Sequence record: OZ035755.1
Strand: one strand, 5' to 3'
Length of the DNA: 39,656 nt
Source: Kayfunavirus AN17P1
Shown here: positions 6,456 through 16,466 of the stretch, piece by piece
How positions within the stretch are numbered: position 1 is the first letter of the stretch
How the letters are laid out: each line of letters starts with the position of its first letter
Made by a program: the position numbers and the translations under genes
Notes under the pieces: generated by a model
Database searches by the model: none
The model's input: only the letters and a program-made list of their open reading frames with translations
What the model was told of the DNA's origin: nothing

Positions 6456-9137
6456 ATGAGCGTCATCTCTATTGACAAACACGACTTCTCTGATGTGTCG
6501 AACGCCATTGAGCCGTTTAACCTGCTGGCTGACCACTACGGGCAAGACCTTGCAGTCAAACAGCTTCAGCTGGAGCACGAGGCATACACTGAAGGCGAGC
6601 GACGTTTCATCAAAAACCTTGAGCGACAGACTGAGCGCGGGGAACTGGCAGACAATCAGGTAGCCAAGCCTTTGATGCAGACTCTGGTCCCTAAGATTGC
6701 GCAAGCCGTCAGGGAGTGGCATGAAGGTCCAGACGGGAAGCTGTCAACCTCTCGTCCGAGCGTAGCGTTCACCATGTTAAGCACTGAAGAGAAGGCCGTC
6801 AAGGACCGCTCTCTTCGCATCTCCTGCGAGTCTGCTGCGGTTATCATACTGAAGGTCATCCTATCCAAGCTGGTCAAACCTGAAGGTATACCGATTACAC
6901 CGATGGCCTCCGCGATAGGTCGCACACTTGAGGATGAAATCCGATTCGGTCGCATTCGTGACAAGGAGAAGGAGCACTTCAAGAAGGCGATAGCTGATAA
7001 CCTGAACAAGAGAGCCGGGGCATCATACAAGAAAGCCTACATGCAAGCGGTCGAGACATCCATGCTGGAGCAAGGCCAACTAGAAGATGCGTGGGGAACT
7101 TGGAGTCCGACCGAGGCTGTCCACGTTGGAATCAAGATGCTGGAGATTGTCATCCAGTCAACACAACTGGTCGAGCTTAAGCGTTACGGTGCTGGCAATG
7201 CAGCGGCTGACGTTGAGATGGTCCACCTGTCAGACTTCTGGGTCAAGAAGATGACACAACGCGGCTTCAGCCTTGCGGGTATCGCTCCAGTCTACCAACC
7301 TTGCGTAGTTCCACCTAAGCCGTGGACTGGTGTCGTAGGCGGTGGGTACTGGGCCAAAGGTCGCAGACCATTACCACTGATTCGCTTAGGGTCTAAGTCT
7401 GCGGTGGCACGTTACGAAGACGTGTATATGCCTGAAGTCTATGACGCTGTTAACATAATCCAGAATACACCTTGGAAAGTGAACAAGAAGGTTCTGGACG
7501 TGGTGAACATGGTCGAGAAGTTGAACAACACGCCTATTGATGACATCCCTCAGATGGAGCCACTGAAGCCTGAAGAATATGCGGGTGAGACTGAAGAGGA
7601 ACTCAAGGCGTGGAAGAAAGCGGCTGCTGGTATCTATCGCCGCGAGAAGGCCAGACAGTCACGCAGATTGTCGCTGAGCTTTATCGTTAACCAAGCGAAC
7701 AAGTTCTCTCAGTTCAAGACCATCTGGTTCCCGTATAACATGGACTGGCGCGGTCGCGTCTACGCTGTGCCGATGTTCAACCCTCAGGGTAACGACATGC
7801 AAAAGGGTCTCCTGACTCTGGCAGTCGGTAAGCCTATTGGTGCTGATGGTTTCAAATGGCTGAAGGTCCACGGTGCAAACTGTGCGGGTGTCGATAAAGT
7901 AACCTTCGAGGAGCGCATCAAGTGGGTGGAAGATAACCACGACAACATCATGGCTACCTCTAAGGCACCGATGGACAGCATTGAGTGGTGGGGAAAGTTA
8001 GACTCTCCGTTCTGCTTCCTAGCGTTCTGCTTCGAGTATGCCGGCGTAATGCATCACGGATTGTCTTACTCCTGCTCGCTGCCGATAGCTTTCGATGGGT
8101 CCTGCTCTGGGATTCAGCACTTTAGCGCGATGCTTCGTGATCACATCGGTGGACATGCAGTAAACCTGACGCCTTCCGGTAAGGTCCAAGACATCTACCG
8201 CATCGTGTCTGACCGCATTGAGGAAGAGCTTAAAGTCCTGCTGGTTAACGGCACGGACAACGAGATGGTAACTCACGAGGACAAGAAAACTGGTGAGATT
8301 ACCGAACGTCTCAAGCTGGGGACACGAGAGCTGGCCCGGCAGTGGCTGACTTACGGTATGTCACGCAAGGTTACTAAGCGCTCAGTCATGACTCTGGCCT
8401 ATGGGTCGAAAGAGTACGGCTTTGCAGACCAAGTTTATGAGGACATCGTGATGCCAGCGATTGACTCAGGGTCTGGCGCTATGTTCACTGAACCAAGCCA
8501 AGCGTCCTGCTTCATGGCTAAGATGATTTGGGAAGCTGTGAGTGTGACCGTAGTTGCTGCGGTTGACGCGATGAAGTGGCTTCAAGGTGCTGCCAAGCTG
8601 CTGGCGGCTGAAGTGAAGGACAAGAAGACTGGAGAAATCCTGAAGCCTTGCCTTCCGGTACACTGGGTCACACCTGATGGGTTCCCGGTCTGGCAGGAAT
8701 ACCGCAAGAAGGATACCACTCGTCTGAACCTGATGTTCTTAGGGTCATTCAACCTTCAGCCTACCGTCAACAAAGGCACGAAGAAGGAGTTGGATAAGCA
8801 CAAGCAGGAGTCAGGAATTAGCCCGAACTTCGTCCACTCACAAGATGGTAGCCATCTCCGCAAGACTGTAGTCCACACTCACCGTAAGTATGGCGTGATG
8901 TCGTTCGCAGTGATTCACGATAGCTTCGGGACCATCCCGGCTGACGCTGAATATCTGTTCCGTGGTGTCCGTGAGACGATGGTCGAGACCTACCGCGATA
9001 ACGATGTGCTGCTTGACTTCTACGAGCAGTTTGAATACCAACTTCATGAGAGCCAGCGCGACAAGTTGCCTGAGCTTCCGAAGAAAGGTAAACTGAATAT
9101 TGAGGACATTCTATCTTCAGACTTTGCATTCGCTTAA
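6456..9137 (+). CDS. gene 1: T7-type single-subunit DNA-dependent RNA polymerase, 893 aa
   Basis: Collinear similarity to T7 RNAP as I recall it (AIWFPYNMDWRGRVYAV, HGANCAGVDK, SPFCFLAFCFEYAG, SCSGIQHFSAMLRD, IHDSFGT, C-terminal FAFA). Confidence 0.97.
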   Translation: MSVISIDKHDFSDVSNAIEPFNLLADHYGQDLAVKQLQLEHEAYTEGERRFIKNLERQTERGELADNQVAKPLMQTLVPKIAQAVREWHEGPDGKLSTSRPSVAFTMLSTEEKAVKDRSLRISCESAAVIILKVILSKLVKPEGIPITPMASAIGRTLEDEIRFGRIRDKEKEHFKKAIADNLNKRAGASYKKAYMQAVETSMLEQGQLEDAWGTWSPTEAVHVGIKMLEIVIQSTQLVELKRYGAGNAAADVEMVHLSDFWVKKMTQRGFSLAGIAPVYQPCVVPPKPWTGVVGGGYWAKGRRPLPLIRLGSKSAVARYEDVYMPEVYDAVNIIQNTPWKVNKKVLDVVNMVEKLNNTPIDDIPQMEPLKPEEYAGETEEELKAWKKAAAGIYRREKARQSRRLSLSFIVNQANKFSQFKTIWFPYNMDWRGRVYAVPMFNPQGNDMQKGLLTLAVGKPIGADGFKWLKVHGANCAGVDKVTFEERIKWVEDNHDNIMATSKAPMDSIEWWGKLDSPFCFLAFCFEYAGVMHHGLSYSCSLPIAFDGSCSGIQHFSAMLRDHIGGHAVNLTPSGKVQDIYRIVSDRIEEELKVLLVNGTDNEMVTHEDKKTGEITERLKLGTRELARQWLTYGMSRKVTKRSVMTLAYGSKEYGFADQVYEDIVMPAIDSGSGAMFTEPSQASCFMAKMIWEAVSVTVVAAVDAMKWLQGAAKLLAAEVKDKKTGEILKPCLPVHWVTPDGFPVWQEYRKKDTTRLNLMFLGSFNLQPTVNKGTKKELDKHKQESGISPNFVHSQDGSHLRKTVVHTHRKYGVMSFAVIHDSFGTIPADAEYLFRGVRETMVETYRDNDVLLDFYEQFEYQLHESQRDKLPELPKKGKLNIEDILSSDFAFA

Positions 9138-9153
9138 TAACAGGAGAGACAAC

Positions 9154-9354
9154 ATGCAATTCGAACACCGTGTATCAAACGTACCTGGTGGTAACAAGGT
9201 CGTAACAGTAACAATGGCGGCTGGCAAGGGTCTATTCAAAGTTACTATGGTCCCGACTGGAACGGCTAAGGCCAAAGGTATCAGCCAGAAGGAGCTGATT
9301 CAGGTAATCCAGTGGTCGCACGAGAAGGCCCTACGGGAAGAGGCAACCAAATGA
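9154..9354 (+). CDS. Hypothetical small protein, 66 aa, inserted after gene 1
   Basis: ATG with SD AGGAGA; translation MQFEHRVSNVPGGNKVVTVTMAAGKGLFKVTMVPTGTAKAKGISQKELIQVIQWSHEKALREEATK; the track ORF 9100-9354 starts inside RNAP and is the same frame. Confidence 0.45.
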   Translation: MQFEHRVSNVPGGNKVVTVTMAAGKGLFKVTMVPTGTAKAKGISQKELIQVIQWSHEKALREEATK

Positions 9355-9428
9355 CAGACCTACAGTTACTGGCCATGTGGCTGGGAGCACTAGCAGTATT
9401 CACTTTAATCCAACGCAGAAGAGGTTAA
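9351..9428 (+). CDS. Small hydrophobic ORF, 25 aa (MTDLQLLAMWLGALAVFTLIQRRRG)
   Basis: ATGA overlap with the previous stop; single hydrophobic helix plus basic tail; no SD of its own, so possibly translationally coupled. Confidence 0.25.
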   Translation: MTDLQLLAMWLGALAVFTLIQRRRG

Positions 9429-9429
9429 C

Positions 9430-9453
9430 CCTAAACTATCACTATAGGATTAG
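9430..9453 (+). promoter_or_regulatory. Phage RNAP promoter (phi1.1-like)
   Basis: CCTAAACTATCACTATAGGATTA; consensus match. Confidence 0.75.
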
Positions 9454-9492
9454 ACTAAAGGTCATGACTCAAAGTCGTGGCCTTCATGATTA
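9451..9492 (+). promoter_or_regulatory. Conserved stem-loop, putative RNase III site (R1.1-like)
   Basis: AAGGTCATGACT / AGTCGTGGCCTT arms (9458-9469, 9473-9484) with two G-U pairs and a 3-nt loop; same family as 294-346 and 16631-16677. Confidence 0.4.
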
Positions 9493-9525
9493 ACCCTAAA
9501 TAAACACTACTGGAGATTTAACCGT

Positions 9526-9705
9526 ATGTATCAGAACACTATCAACTTCGAGCGCATCCGTGAACGTCAGCAGACTGAAGGTTACATCCCGAAGGGCCGT
9601 AAGCTGAACAAGACCAAGCGTGGCGGTGGTATCAAAGGCGCTTTCCGAAACGCTGAAGGTAAAGACTCTCTGGTCAACCAAGAGAAATACTTCGTAGGAG
9701 CATAA
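9526..9705 (+). CDS. gene 1.1: gp1.1-like small basic protein, 59 aa
   Basis: Translation MYQNTINFERIRERQQTEGYIPKGRKLNKTKRGGGIKGAF... contains KGRKLNKTKR, as in T7 gp1.1 as I recall it; just below the 60-aa track cutoff. Confidence 0.6.
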   Translation: MYQNTINFERIRERQQTEGYIPKGRKLNKTKRGGGIKGAFRNAEGKDSLVNQEKYFVGA

Positions 9706-9709
9706 CTCT

Positions 9710-9967
9710 ATGGGCCGACTTTATAGTGGCAACCTCAACGCTTTCAGAGCAGCGTGTAACAAGCTTTATCAGTTAGACTTCTGCGTGATACAGCAGGACT
9801 GGTACGACGCGCATCTTCGGAAAGAGTGCATGAGACTTCAAGTCGAGGACCGAGCTGGTAACATCTTCGCGCTTAAGACCTTCGCACACCGCGATGAAGA
9901 CGTACTGTACAACACTGCAACAGGCTTCATTAACTGTCTCGCTAACCAACTCGACACATGGAGATAA
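9710..9967 (+). CDS. gene 1.2: gp1.2 homolog (host dGTPase Dgt inhibitor), 85 aa
   Basis: MGRLYSGNLNAFRAACNKLYQLDFCVIQQDWYDAHLRKECMRLQVEDRAGN... versus T7 gp1.2 MGRLYSGNLAAFKAATNKLFQLDLAVIYDDWYDAY... as I recall it; identical length. Confidence 0.85.
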   Translation: MGRLYSGNLNAFRAACNKLYQLDFCVIQQDWYDAHLRKECMRLQVEDRAGNIFALKTFAHRDEDVLYNTATGFINCLANQLDTWR

Positions 9968-9971
9968 CACA

Positions 9972-11054
9972 ATGACAACTATTAAAACTAACCCGCACCG
10001 CTCTGTAGATTACTCTGAGTCTGGCGTTAAGAAGGCTTTGGAAGCTGCCGGGTCTCTCGAAGCTGAAGTGAAGTACGATGGTGTCCGGTTGAACCTTCCG
10101 GTATTCCCTACTGGTGAGACTCAATGGTTGAGCCGTGAGTCTAAACCTCTTCCAGCCTTGGAGTGGATGAACTCTGAGTTAGGTAATGCGTGGACCCAAG
10201 CTGACTGGCGATGGTTCCTGCGTCAAGCTGGCTACGAAGGCGTGGGCTTGATGATTGATGGCGAGGTAATGGTCAAAGGCGTGGACTTCAATACCTCCTC
10301 AGGTCTCATTCGAACCAAGTGGCTCAAGCCAAGCAATGAGCACTACGCTGAGTGCTATCCGGGGCGCGGTAAGAAGGTCCCATTCTGGGTATCCCGGTCA
10401 CGACTTCAGGTTGTGGTATATGGCGTTGTCGATATGACAACCATAGCAGACCCGAAAGCAGAAGGTCCTATCCATAGCGTAACCCGCCTGAAGGCTGAAG
10501 CTATCGTCCCTCTCCTCCAGAAATACTTCCCGGAAATCGACTGGGTTCTGTCTGAGTCACACACGGTCTATGACCTTGAGTCGCTCAACTCCCTGTACGA
10601 ACAGAAGCGTCTGGAAGGACATGAGGGTCTGGTAGTCAAGGACCCACTGGGTAAGTACAAGCGTGGCAAGAAGTCTGGCATGTGGAAAATGAAGCCTGAG
10701 GAGACCATCGACGGGACCGTGTGTGGCCTCGTGTGGGGGACTCCTGGTAAGGCTAACGAAGGTAAGGTCATCGGCTTTGAGGTTCTACTGGAGGATGGCA
10801 TGGTGGTCAACGCCTGTGGTCTGACTGAAGAACAGAAGGACGAGTTTACGGCTAAGGTCAAGGAGGACACGCTTGCTGCGGTTGGCATCTTTGCGCCGTA
10901 CGGCATTGGTGGTAACGAACCTTGCTTAGATAACCCATACGAAGGCTGGCAGTGTGAAGTCCTCTTCATGGAGAGGTTCCCTGATGGCTCCCTTCGTCAC
11001 CCCAGCTTCAAGTGCTGGCGTGGAACCGAAGACAACCCAACGGTGAAGTCATGA
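9972..11054 (+). CDS. gene 1.3: ATP-dependent DNA ligase (T7 gp1.3 homolog), 360 aa
   Basis: Start MTTIKTNPHRSVDY... with SD GGAGATAACACA-ATG matches the T7 ligase N-terminus MMNIKTNPF; contains KYDGVR adenylation motif; the track ORF start at 9894 overlaps gene 1.2 and is an upstream in-frame extension. Confidence 0.9.
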   Translation: MTTIKTNPHRSVDYSESGVKKALEAAGSLEAEVKYDGVRLNLPVFPTGETQWLSRESKPLPALEWMNSELGNAWTQADWRWFLRQAGYEGVGLMIDGEVMVKGVDFNTSSGLIRTKWLKPSNEHYAECYPGRGKKVPFWVSRSRLQVVVYGVVDMTTIADPKAEGPIHSVTRLKAEAIVPLLQKYFPEIDWVLSESHTVYDLESLNSLYEQKRLEGHEGLVVKDPLGKYKRGKKSGMWKMKPEETIDGTVCGLVWGTPGKANEGKVIGFEVLLEDGMVVNACGLTEEQKDEFTAKVKEDTLAAVGIFAPYGIGGNEPCLDNPYEGWQCEVLFMERFPDGSLRHPSFKCWRGTEDNPTVKS

Positions 11055-11230
11055 GTACACAACTTTATATCAACATAGCAAGTGGTCAACTCTACGCTGT
11101 GGTAAATGGCGAGCTGTGGTATCGTAAACTCAAGAAGTGGGCCAAGTCCTACTACGATGAAGAGACAATATCAACCATGAGTCATCGCTACCGTAAGGCT
11201 GCTAAGGTGAACAACTTTAAGATGCGTTAA
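11051..11230 (+). CDS. Hypothetical protein, 59 aa (gene 1.4/1.5 position)
   Basis: ATG overlapping the ligase stop (ATGA); translation MSTQLYINIASGQLYAVVNGELWYRKLKKWAKSYYDEETISTMSHRYRKAAKVNNFKMR. Confidence 0.4.
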   Translation: MSTQLYINIASGQLYAVVNGELWYRKLKKWAKSYYDEETISTMSHRYRKAAKVNNFKMR

Positions 11231-11234
11231 CGTC

Positions 11235-11273
11235 AACCCAGTGGTCTTAGGACTGCTGGGTTTCTTTGCTTCT
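11235..11273 (+). terminator. Putative rho-independent early terminator (TE-like)
   Basis: Stem AACCCAG / CTGGGTT (11235-11241, 11256-11262) followed by TCTTTGCTTCT; lies after the ligase block, where T7 has TE. Confidence 0.4.
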
Positions 11274-11289
11274 GGGCCACCAGCTAGAC

Positions 11290-11313
11290 CCTAAGCTATC
11301 ACTATAGGACAAC
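11290..11313 (+). promoter_or_regulatory. Phage RNAP promoter
   Basis: CCTAAGCTATCACTATAGGACAA; consensus match. Confidence 0.7.
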
Positions 11314-11338
11314 CCTAACCGACCAAAGGAGAAACCTT

Positions 11339-11593
11339 ATGTCTAAAAACTTAATGTTCAACCGATTTACTCGAAGCTTCCACCTGTCGCATAGCCCATT
11401 CAGCTTCCATAAAGCTAATCAACCATTACCCCGCTTTGGTAAGACAGTGGCTCTGTCTCCAGCAGTTCATGCGCTAGTCACCCGCAAGTCTATGCTGAAG
11501 GCTATGGATAAAGAACAAGTTGATGTGCCTGTGGTCATTACAAAATGGCCTCGCATTAAGCTGGCACTTCTGGTAATTAAGGAGGCGCTCTGA
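11339..11593 (+). CDS. gene 1.6: gp1.6-like protein, 84 aa
   Basis: Pattern ...LSPAVHALVTRKSMLKAMDKEQVDVPVVITKWPRIKLALLVIKEAL resembles T7 gp1.6 (...[47 protein letters not shown]) as I recall it. Confidence 0.65.
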   Translation: MSKNLMFNRFTRSFHLSHSPFSFHKANQPLPRFGKTVALSPAVHALVTRKSMLKAMDKEQVDVPVVITKWPRIKLALLVIKEAL

Positions 11594-11925
11594 TGACATA
11601 CTGTGATAGCACCACATACTGTGAAGCGTGTAATGGTGACGACCGCTTCCCGCACGTTGGTAAACTTGTAGGTAACAAACTACAAGAAATTGATGACGTC
11701 CGCAAGCCGTCCCACTATCAGGTCTTTGATAGCGTGGAATCCATTGAGATTATCGCACGGTCAATGACTGTGAGTGAGTTCCGTGGGTTCTGCATGGGTA
11801 ACGTCCTGAAGTATCGACTCCGGGCTGGTAAGAAGTCCGAACTGGCTACTATGGAGAAGGACCTGAACAAAGCATCCTTCTATCAGAAGCTGTTCGACTT
11901 GCATAAAGGTAAGTGCTATGCTTAA
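11593..11925 (+). CDS. gene 1.7: gp1.7-like protein (nucleotide kinase family), short 110-aa form
   Basis: C-terminal 70 aa (KPSHYQVFDSVESIEIIARSMTVSEFRGFCMGNVLKYRLRAGKKSELATMEKDLNKASFYQKLFDLHKGKCYA) closely match the C-terminus of T7 gp1.7 as I recall it; lacks the N-terminal roughly 90 aa of the 196-aa T7 protein. Confidence 0.8.
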   Translation: MTYCDSTTYCEACNGDDRFPHVGKLVGNKLQEIDDVRKPSHYQVFDSVESIEIIARSMTVSEFRGFCMGNVLKYRLRAGKKSELATMEKDLNKASFYQKLFDLHKGKCYA

Positions 11926-12004
11926 TGATACTGTGTATTACTGTGTAGTATGCGCCGGAGTTGGAGCACTAATCATTTTAATATATTGGGCCATAGAGGT
12001 GTAA
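11918..12004 (+). CDS. Small hydrophobic ORF, 28 aa
   Basis: MLNDTVYYCVVCAGVGALIILIYWAIEV; overlaps the 1.7 stop; weak support. Confidence 0.25.
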   Translation: MLNDTVYYCVVCAGVGALIILIYWAIEV

Positions 12005-12005
12005 T

Positions 12006-12104
12006 ATGGAAAAGCCGAGTGAGTGGTGCGAGCGTAAATTTGAGGAGACAGGTAACGTCGATTACCTTCAGCTCTACAACTTATGGAAGGAGCGTGGTCT
12101 ATGA
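12006..12104 (+). CDS. Small ORF, 32 aa (gene 1.8 position)
   Basis: [32 protein letters not shown]; stop overlaps the Gp2 start. Confidence 0.3.
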   Translation: MEKPSEWCERKFEETGNVDYLQLYNLWKERGL

Positions 12105-12259
12105 CTGACGTAGAGAAGAAGTACATCGTGGAGCTTGAGGGTCGCATTCAGTCCTTCGAGGTTCCGGTGTACGCAAAGTCTCTTGAAGAGGCTACCCTGA
12201 AGTCCCAAGAGTATGAGGACGCTGGGTTTGTGGTCGGACGGATTCGCCCTGAGACCTAA
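12101..12259 (+). CDS. gene 2: Gp2, inhibitor of host RNA polymerase, 52 aa
   Basis: [52 protein letters not shown] matches the T7 Gp2 core (HSFEVPIYAETLDEA...AGFEVTRVRP) as I recall it; below the track cutoff. Confidence 0.8.
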   Translation: MTDVEKKYIVELEGRIQSFEVPVYAKSLEEATLKSQEYEDAGFVVGRIRPET

Positions 12260-12278
12260 ACTATCACTGTAGGACAGA
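12255..12278 (+). promoter_or_regulatory. Phage RNAP promoter, variant (TGTAGG instead of TATAGG)
   Basis: CCTAAACTATCACTGTAGGACAG; one mismatch in the TATA element; 40 nt before the SSB gene. Confidence 0.6.
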
Positions 12279-12316
12279 CGTCCAGTTCGTAACTTTAAAT
12301 TAGGAGATTTACACCG

Positions 12317-13015
12317 ATGGCTAAAGAGCAACTGAAGACTTTCACCACTCCGGTAGCTGGTATCGTTGAGCCTTACGCATGGCTGAACAAAGCAGACACC
12401 AAGTTTAATGAGCGTGGTGAGCATAAGGTTAACCTGACTTTCAGTCTGGATGACCCGAAGGTCCGTAAGATGATTGATGTCTTACAGAAGATTCACGACG
12501 ATGCGTATGCGAAAGCACTCGCAGACCACGAGAAGAACCCACCTCAGGTTCAGCGTGGCAAGAAGCCTATCGAGCCGCGCGAAGGCGATATGCCGTGGAT
12601 TGAGAATGGGGACGGTACTGTTACCATGAAGTTTAAATGCTTTGCGTCTTACCTGAAAGACGGCAAGTCAGAGCCTATCGTATTACGGTTCTACGACACT
12701 GATGCTAAGTTAATCCGTGACGTCCCGAATATTGGCGCTGGCTCCAAACTGAAGGTCAAGTTCAAAGTCCTGCCGTTCAAGTGGAACGCTGCGACTGGTG
12801 CAAGCGTTAAGCTCCAGCTTGAGTCCTGCCTTCTGGTAGAACTGAAGGAGTGGAAAGGTGATGGTGCTGGTGGTGATGGTGGCTGGGGTGACGATGAAGA
12901 CCTCGGTACTGGGTACAAAGCGTCAACCGATGGTGACTTCGGGTCTGATGACTTCGGTGACGATGGTTCCGAAGGAGGTGACGACTCCAGCTCTGGTGGC
13001 GATTACGACTTCTAA
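12317..13015 (+). CDS. gene 2.5: Single-stranded DNA-binding protein (T7 gp2.5 homolog), 232 aa
   Basis: Size, position and Gly/Asp-rich acidic C-terminal tail ending ...GGDYDF (T7 gp2.5 ends in an acidic tail with terminal F). Confidence 0.9.
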   Translation: MAKEQLKTFTTPVAGIVEPYAWLNKADTKFNERGEHKVNLTFSLDDPKVRKMIDVLQKIHDDAYAKALADHEKNPPQVQRGKKPIEPREGDMPWIENGDGTVTMKFKCFASYLKDGKSEPIVLRFYDTDAKLIRDVPNIGAGSKLKVKFKVLPFKWNAATGASVKLQLESCLLVELKEWKGDGAGGDGGWGDDEDLGTGYKASTDGDFGSDDFGDDGSEGGDDSSSGGDYDF

Positions 13016-13470
13016 TGGCCCAATGGTCTGCAAAACGGGGGCACTCTGTGGGTGCCTACCGCTCTGGACTTGAAGCCAAGAACCAGCAGTGGCTGGAACA
13101 GAACGGCGTCAAAGCGGAGTACGAAAGCCGTTATATCAACTATGTGATTCCGGCTTCCGACCACAAGTACACACCAGATTTTATCCTTCCCAACGGTATC
13201 ATCGTGGAGACCAAAGGTATCTTCGATAGTGATGACCGTAAGAAGCACCTTCTGGTACGAGAACAGCACCCAGAGTTAGACATCCGGTTCGTGTTCTCAA
13301 GTTCACGCTCCAAGCTATACAAAGGGTCCCCGACCACGTATGGCGCATGGTGCGAAAAGAACGGCTTTAAGTTTGCCGACAAGTTTATCCCTGTTGAGTG
13401 GCTGCGAGAGGCGACTGTACGTCTGCCTTCAGGTATACTCATTCCCAAGAAGAAAGGAGTTAAGAAATGA
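13015..13470 (+). CDS. gene 3: Endonuclease I, Holliday-junction resolvase (T7 gp3 homolog), 151 aa
   Basis: YVIPASDHKYTPDFILPNGIIVETKGIFDSDDRKKHLLVREQHPELDIRFVFSSSRSKLYKGSPTTYGAWCEKNGFKFADK is near-identical in pattern to T7 gp3 as I recall it. Confidence 0.92.
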   Translation: MAQWSAKRGHSVGAYRSGLEAKNQQWLEQNGVKAEYESRYINYVIPASDHKYTPDFILPNGIIVETKGIFDSDDRKKHLLVREQHPELDIRFVFSSSRSKLYKGSPTTYGAWCEKNGFKFADKFIPVEWLREATVRLPSGILIPKKKGVKK

Positions 13471-13958
13471 GCCAGAAGTTTAAACTGTTAGTAGATATAT
13501 ATGGTTGGCCTCGTGGGACTATCGTTACCAAGTGTAAGAAGGACCCAGCTCCGTTGCCTACCCTTACCCTAGTTGAGTGCCAGACTCCAGGCAAATACAA
13601 ACATGGGCCTAACGGCTTCAATACTCAGCCTAAGGGCATGTGGGGAGCATGGATTGCTGACAGATATCTTGAGGAAATCAAACCAGAAGAGGAACTCACT
13701 GGTGTACAGACCACTCAAGTCCTTCCAGCTTCGAGCGTACCTCCTGTGACAGTGAAACGCGAAGTCCTGACAATCGACAAGATTGGGGTGGGCCAGACGT
13801 TCATCGTCCACGGAAAGCCTGACGAAGTTTACGTGAAGATCAGCAACTCACACGTCTTCAACCATAAGCGTCTCCAGATGCATACCACGGACGCACAACG
13901 CTTCACCCAGCATCTGAATCTAGTGGTTGTAGAATTGGTGGTGTACAATGGTAAGTAA
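13467..13958 (+). CDS. Hypothetical protein, 163 aa, inserted between endonuclease I and lysozyme
   Basis: Strong SD AGAAAGGAG before ATG; ATGA overlap with the gene 3 stop; T7 has no gene here; no family recognised. Confidence 0.6.
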   Translation: MSQKFKLLVDIYGWPRGTIVTKCKKDPAPLPTLTLVECQTPGKYKHGPNGFNTQPKGMWGAWIADRYLEEIKPEEELTGVQTTQVLPASSVPPVTVKREVLTIDKIGVGQTFIVHGKPDEVYVKISNSHVFNHKRLQMHTTDAQRFTQHLNLVVVELVVYNGK

Positions 13959-14406
13959 GGTACAGTTCAAACCGCGCAGCCGTACAGACGCAATCTTCGT
14001 CCACTGTAGCGCAACCAAGCCAGAGATGGACATCGGGGTAGAGACCATCCGTATGTGGCACAAGCAGCAAGGCTGGCTGGACGTAGGCTACCACTTTATC
14101 ATCAAGCGCGATGGTACTGTGGAAGAGGGTCGCCCGGTCAATGTCGTAGGGTCACACGTTAAGGACTGGAACTCACGGTCTGTAGGCGTCTGCCTTGTAG
14201 GTGGAATTGACGCTAAGGGCAAGTTTGAAGCTAACTTCACTCCGGCCCAGATGAACTCACTGCGCAACAAGCTGGCTGACCTGAAGGTCCTGTATCCTCA
14301 GGCAGAAATCAAAGCACACCATGACGTAGCACCAAAGGCGTGTCCAAGTTTCGACTTGCAACGCTGGCTGTCTACCAATGAACTGGTAACTTCCGACCAC
14401 GGTTAA
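13948..14406 (+). CDS. gene 3.5: Lysozyme / N-acetylmuramoyl-L-alanine amidase (T7 gp3.5 homolog), 152 aa
   Basis: AIFVHCSATKPEMDIGVETIRMWHKQQGWLDVGYHFIIKRDGTVEEGR...KACPSFDL matches T7 lysozyme as I recall it. Confidence 0.92.
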   Translation: MVSKVQFKPRSRTDAIFVHCSATKPEMDIGVETIRMWHKQQGWLDVGYHFIIKRDGTVEEGRPVNVVGSHVKDWNSRSVGVCLVGGIDAKGKFEANFTPAQMNSLRNKLADLKVLYPQAEIKAHHDVAPKACPSFDLQRWLSTNELVTSDHG

Positions 14407-14429
14407 TAAACTCTAAAGTAGAACACTCA

Positions 14430-14645
14430 ATGATTAAACTTATCGAATTTCTTGGTCGTCTGGTGGTGCGTGGTTATCGTCGTGCTGCGGTTATGGAACG
14501 AAAGGTAGCAGAGAAGACTGCCGATGGTGCGGCTGATGCTGCTGCTCTGGCTGACAAGCTGACCATCGCGTCACTGGAAGCTGGCATGAAGGCGCGTCAG
14601 GCTGACACCAAAGCCGACCAGTTGTCTCAGTTCTTCAAAGCCTAA
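14430..14645 (+). CDS. Hypothetical Ala-rich small protein, 71 aa
   Basis: ORF between lysozyme and primase-helicase; helical low-complexity sequence; weak SD. Confidence 0.45.
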   Translation: MIKLIEFLGRLVVRGYRRAAVMERKVAEKTADGAADAAALADKLTIASLEAGMKARQADTKADQLSQFFKA

Positions 14646-14664
14646 ACTATCACCTTAGGGATGG
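14641..14664 (+). promoter_or_regulatory. Phage RNAP promoter, degenerate variant (CACCTTAGGG)
   Basis: CCTAAACTATCACCTTAGGGATGG; two mismatches in the -5 to -2 region; 50 nt before gene 4. Confidence 0.4.
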
Positions 14665-14710
14665 GACCGTGAGTCCTGTCCCTCTGTTCGCATTTGTGAT
14701 TAAGGAGTGA

Positions 14711-16466
<1,756 letters not shown>

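Noticed and set aside
9100-9153. Upstream extension of the 66-aa ORF into the RNAP gene (track ORF 9100-9354)
   Set aside because: The extension overlaps the RNAP coding sequence; an internal ATG at 9154 has a proper SD, so the shorter form is preferred.
9894-9971. Upstream extension of the ligase ORF (track start 9894)
   Set aside because: Overlaps gene 1.2; the ATG at 9972 has an SD and matches the ligase N-terminus of T7.
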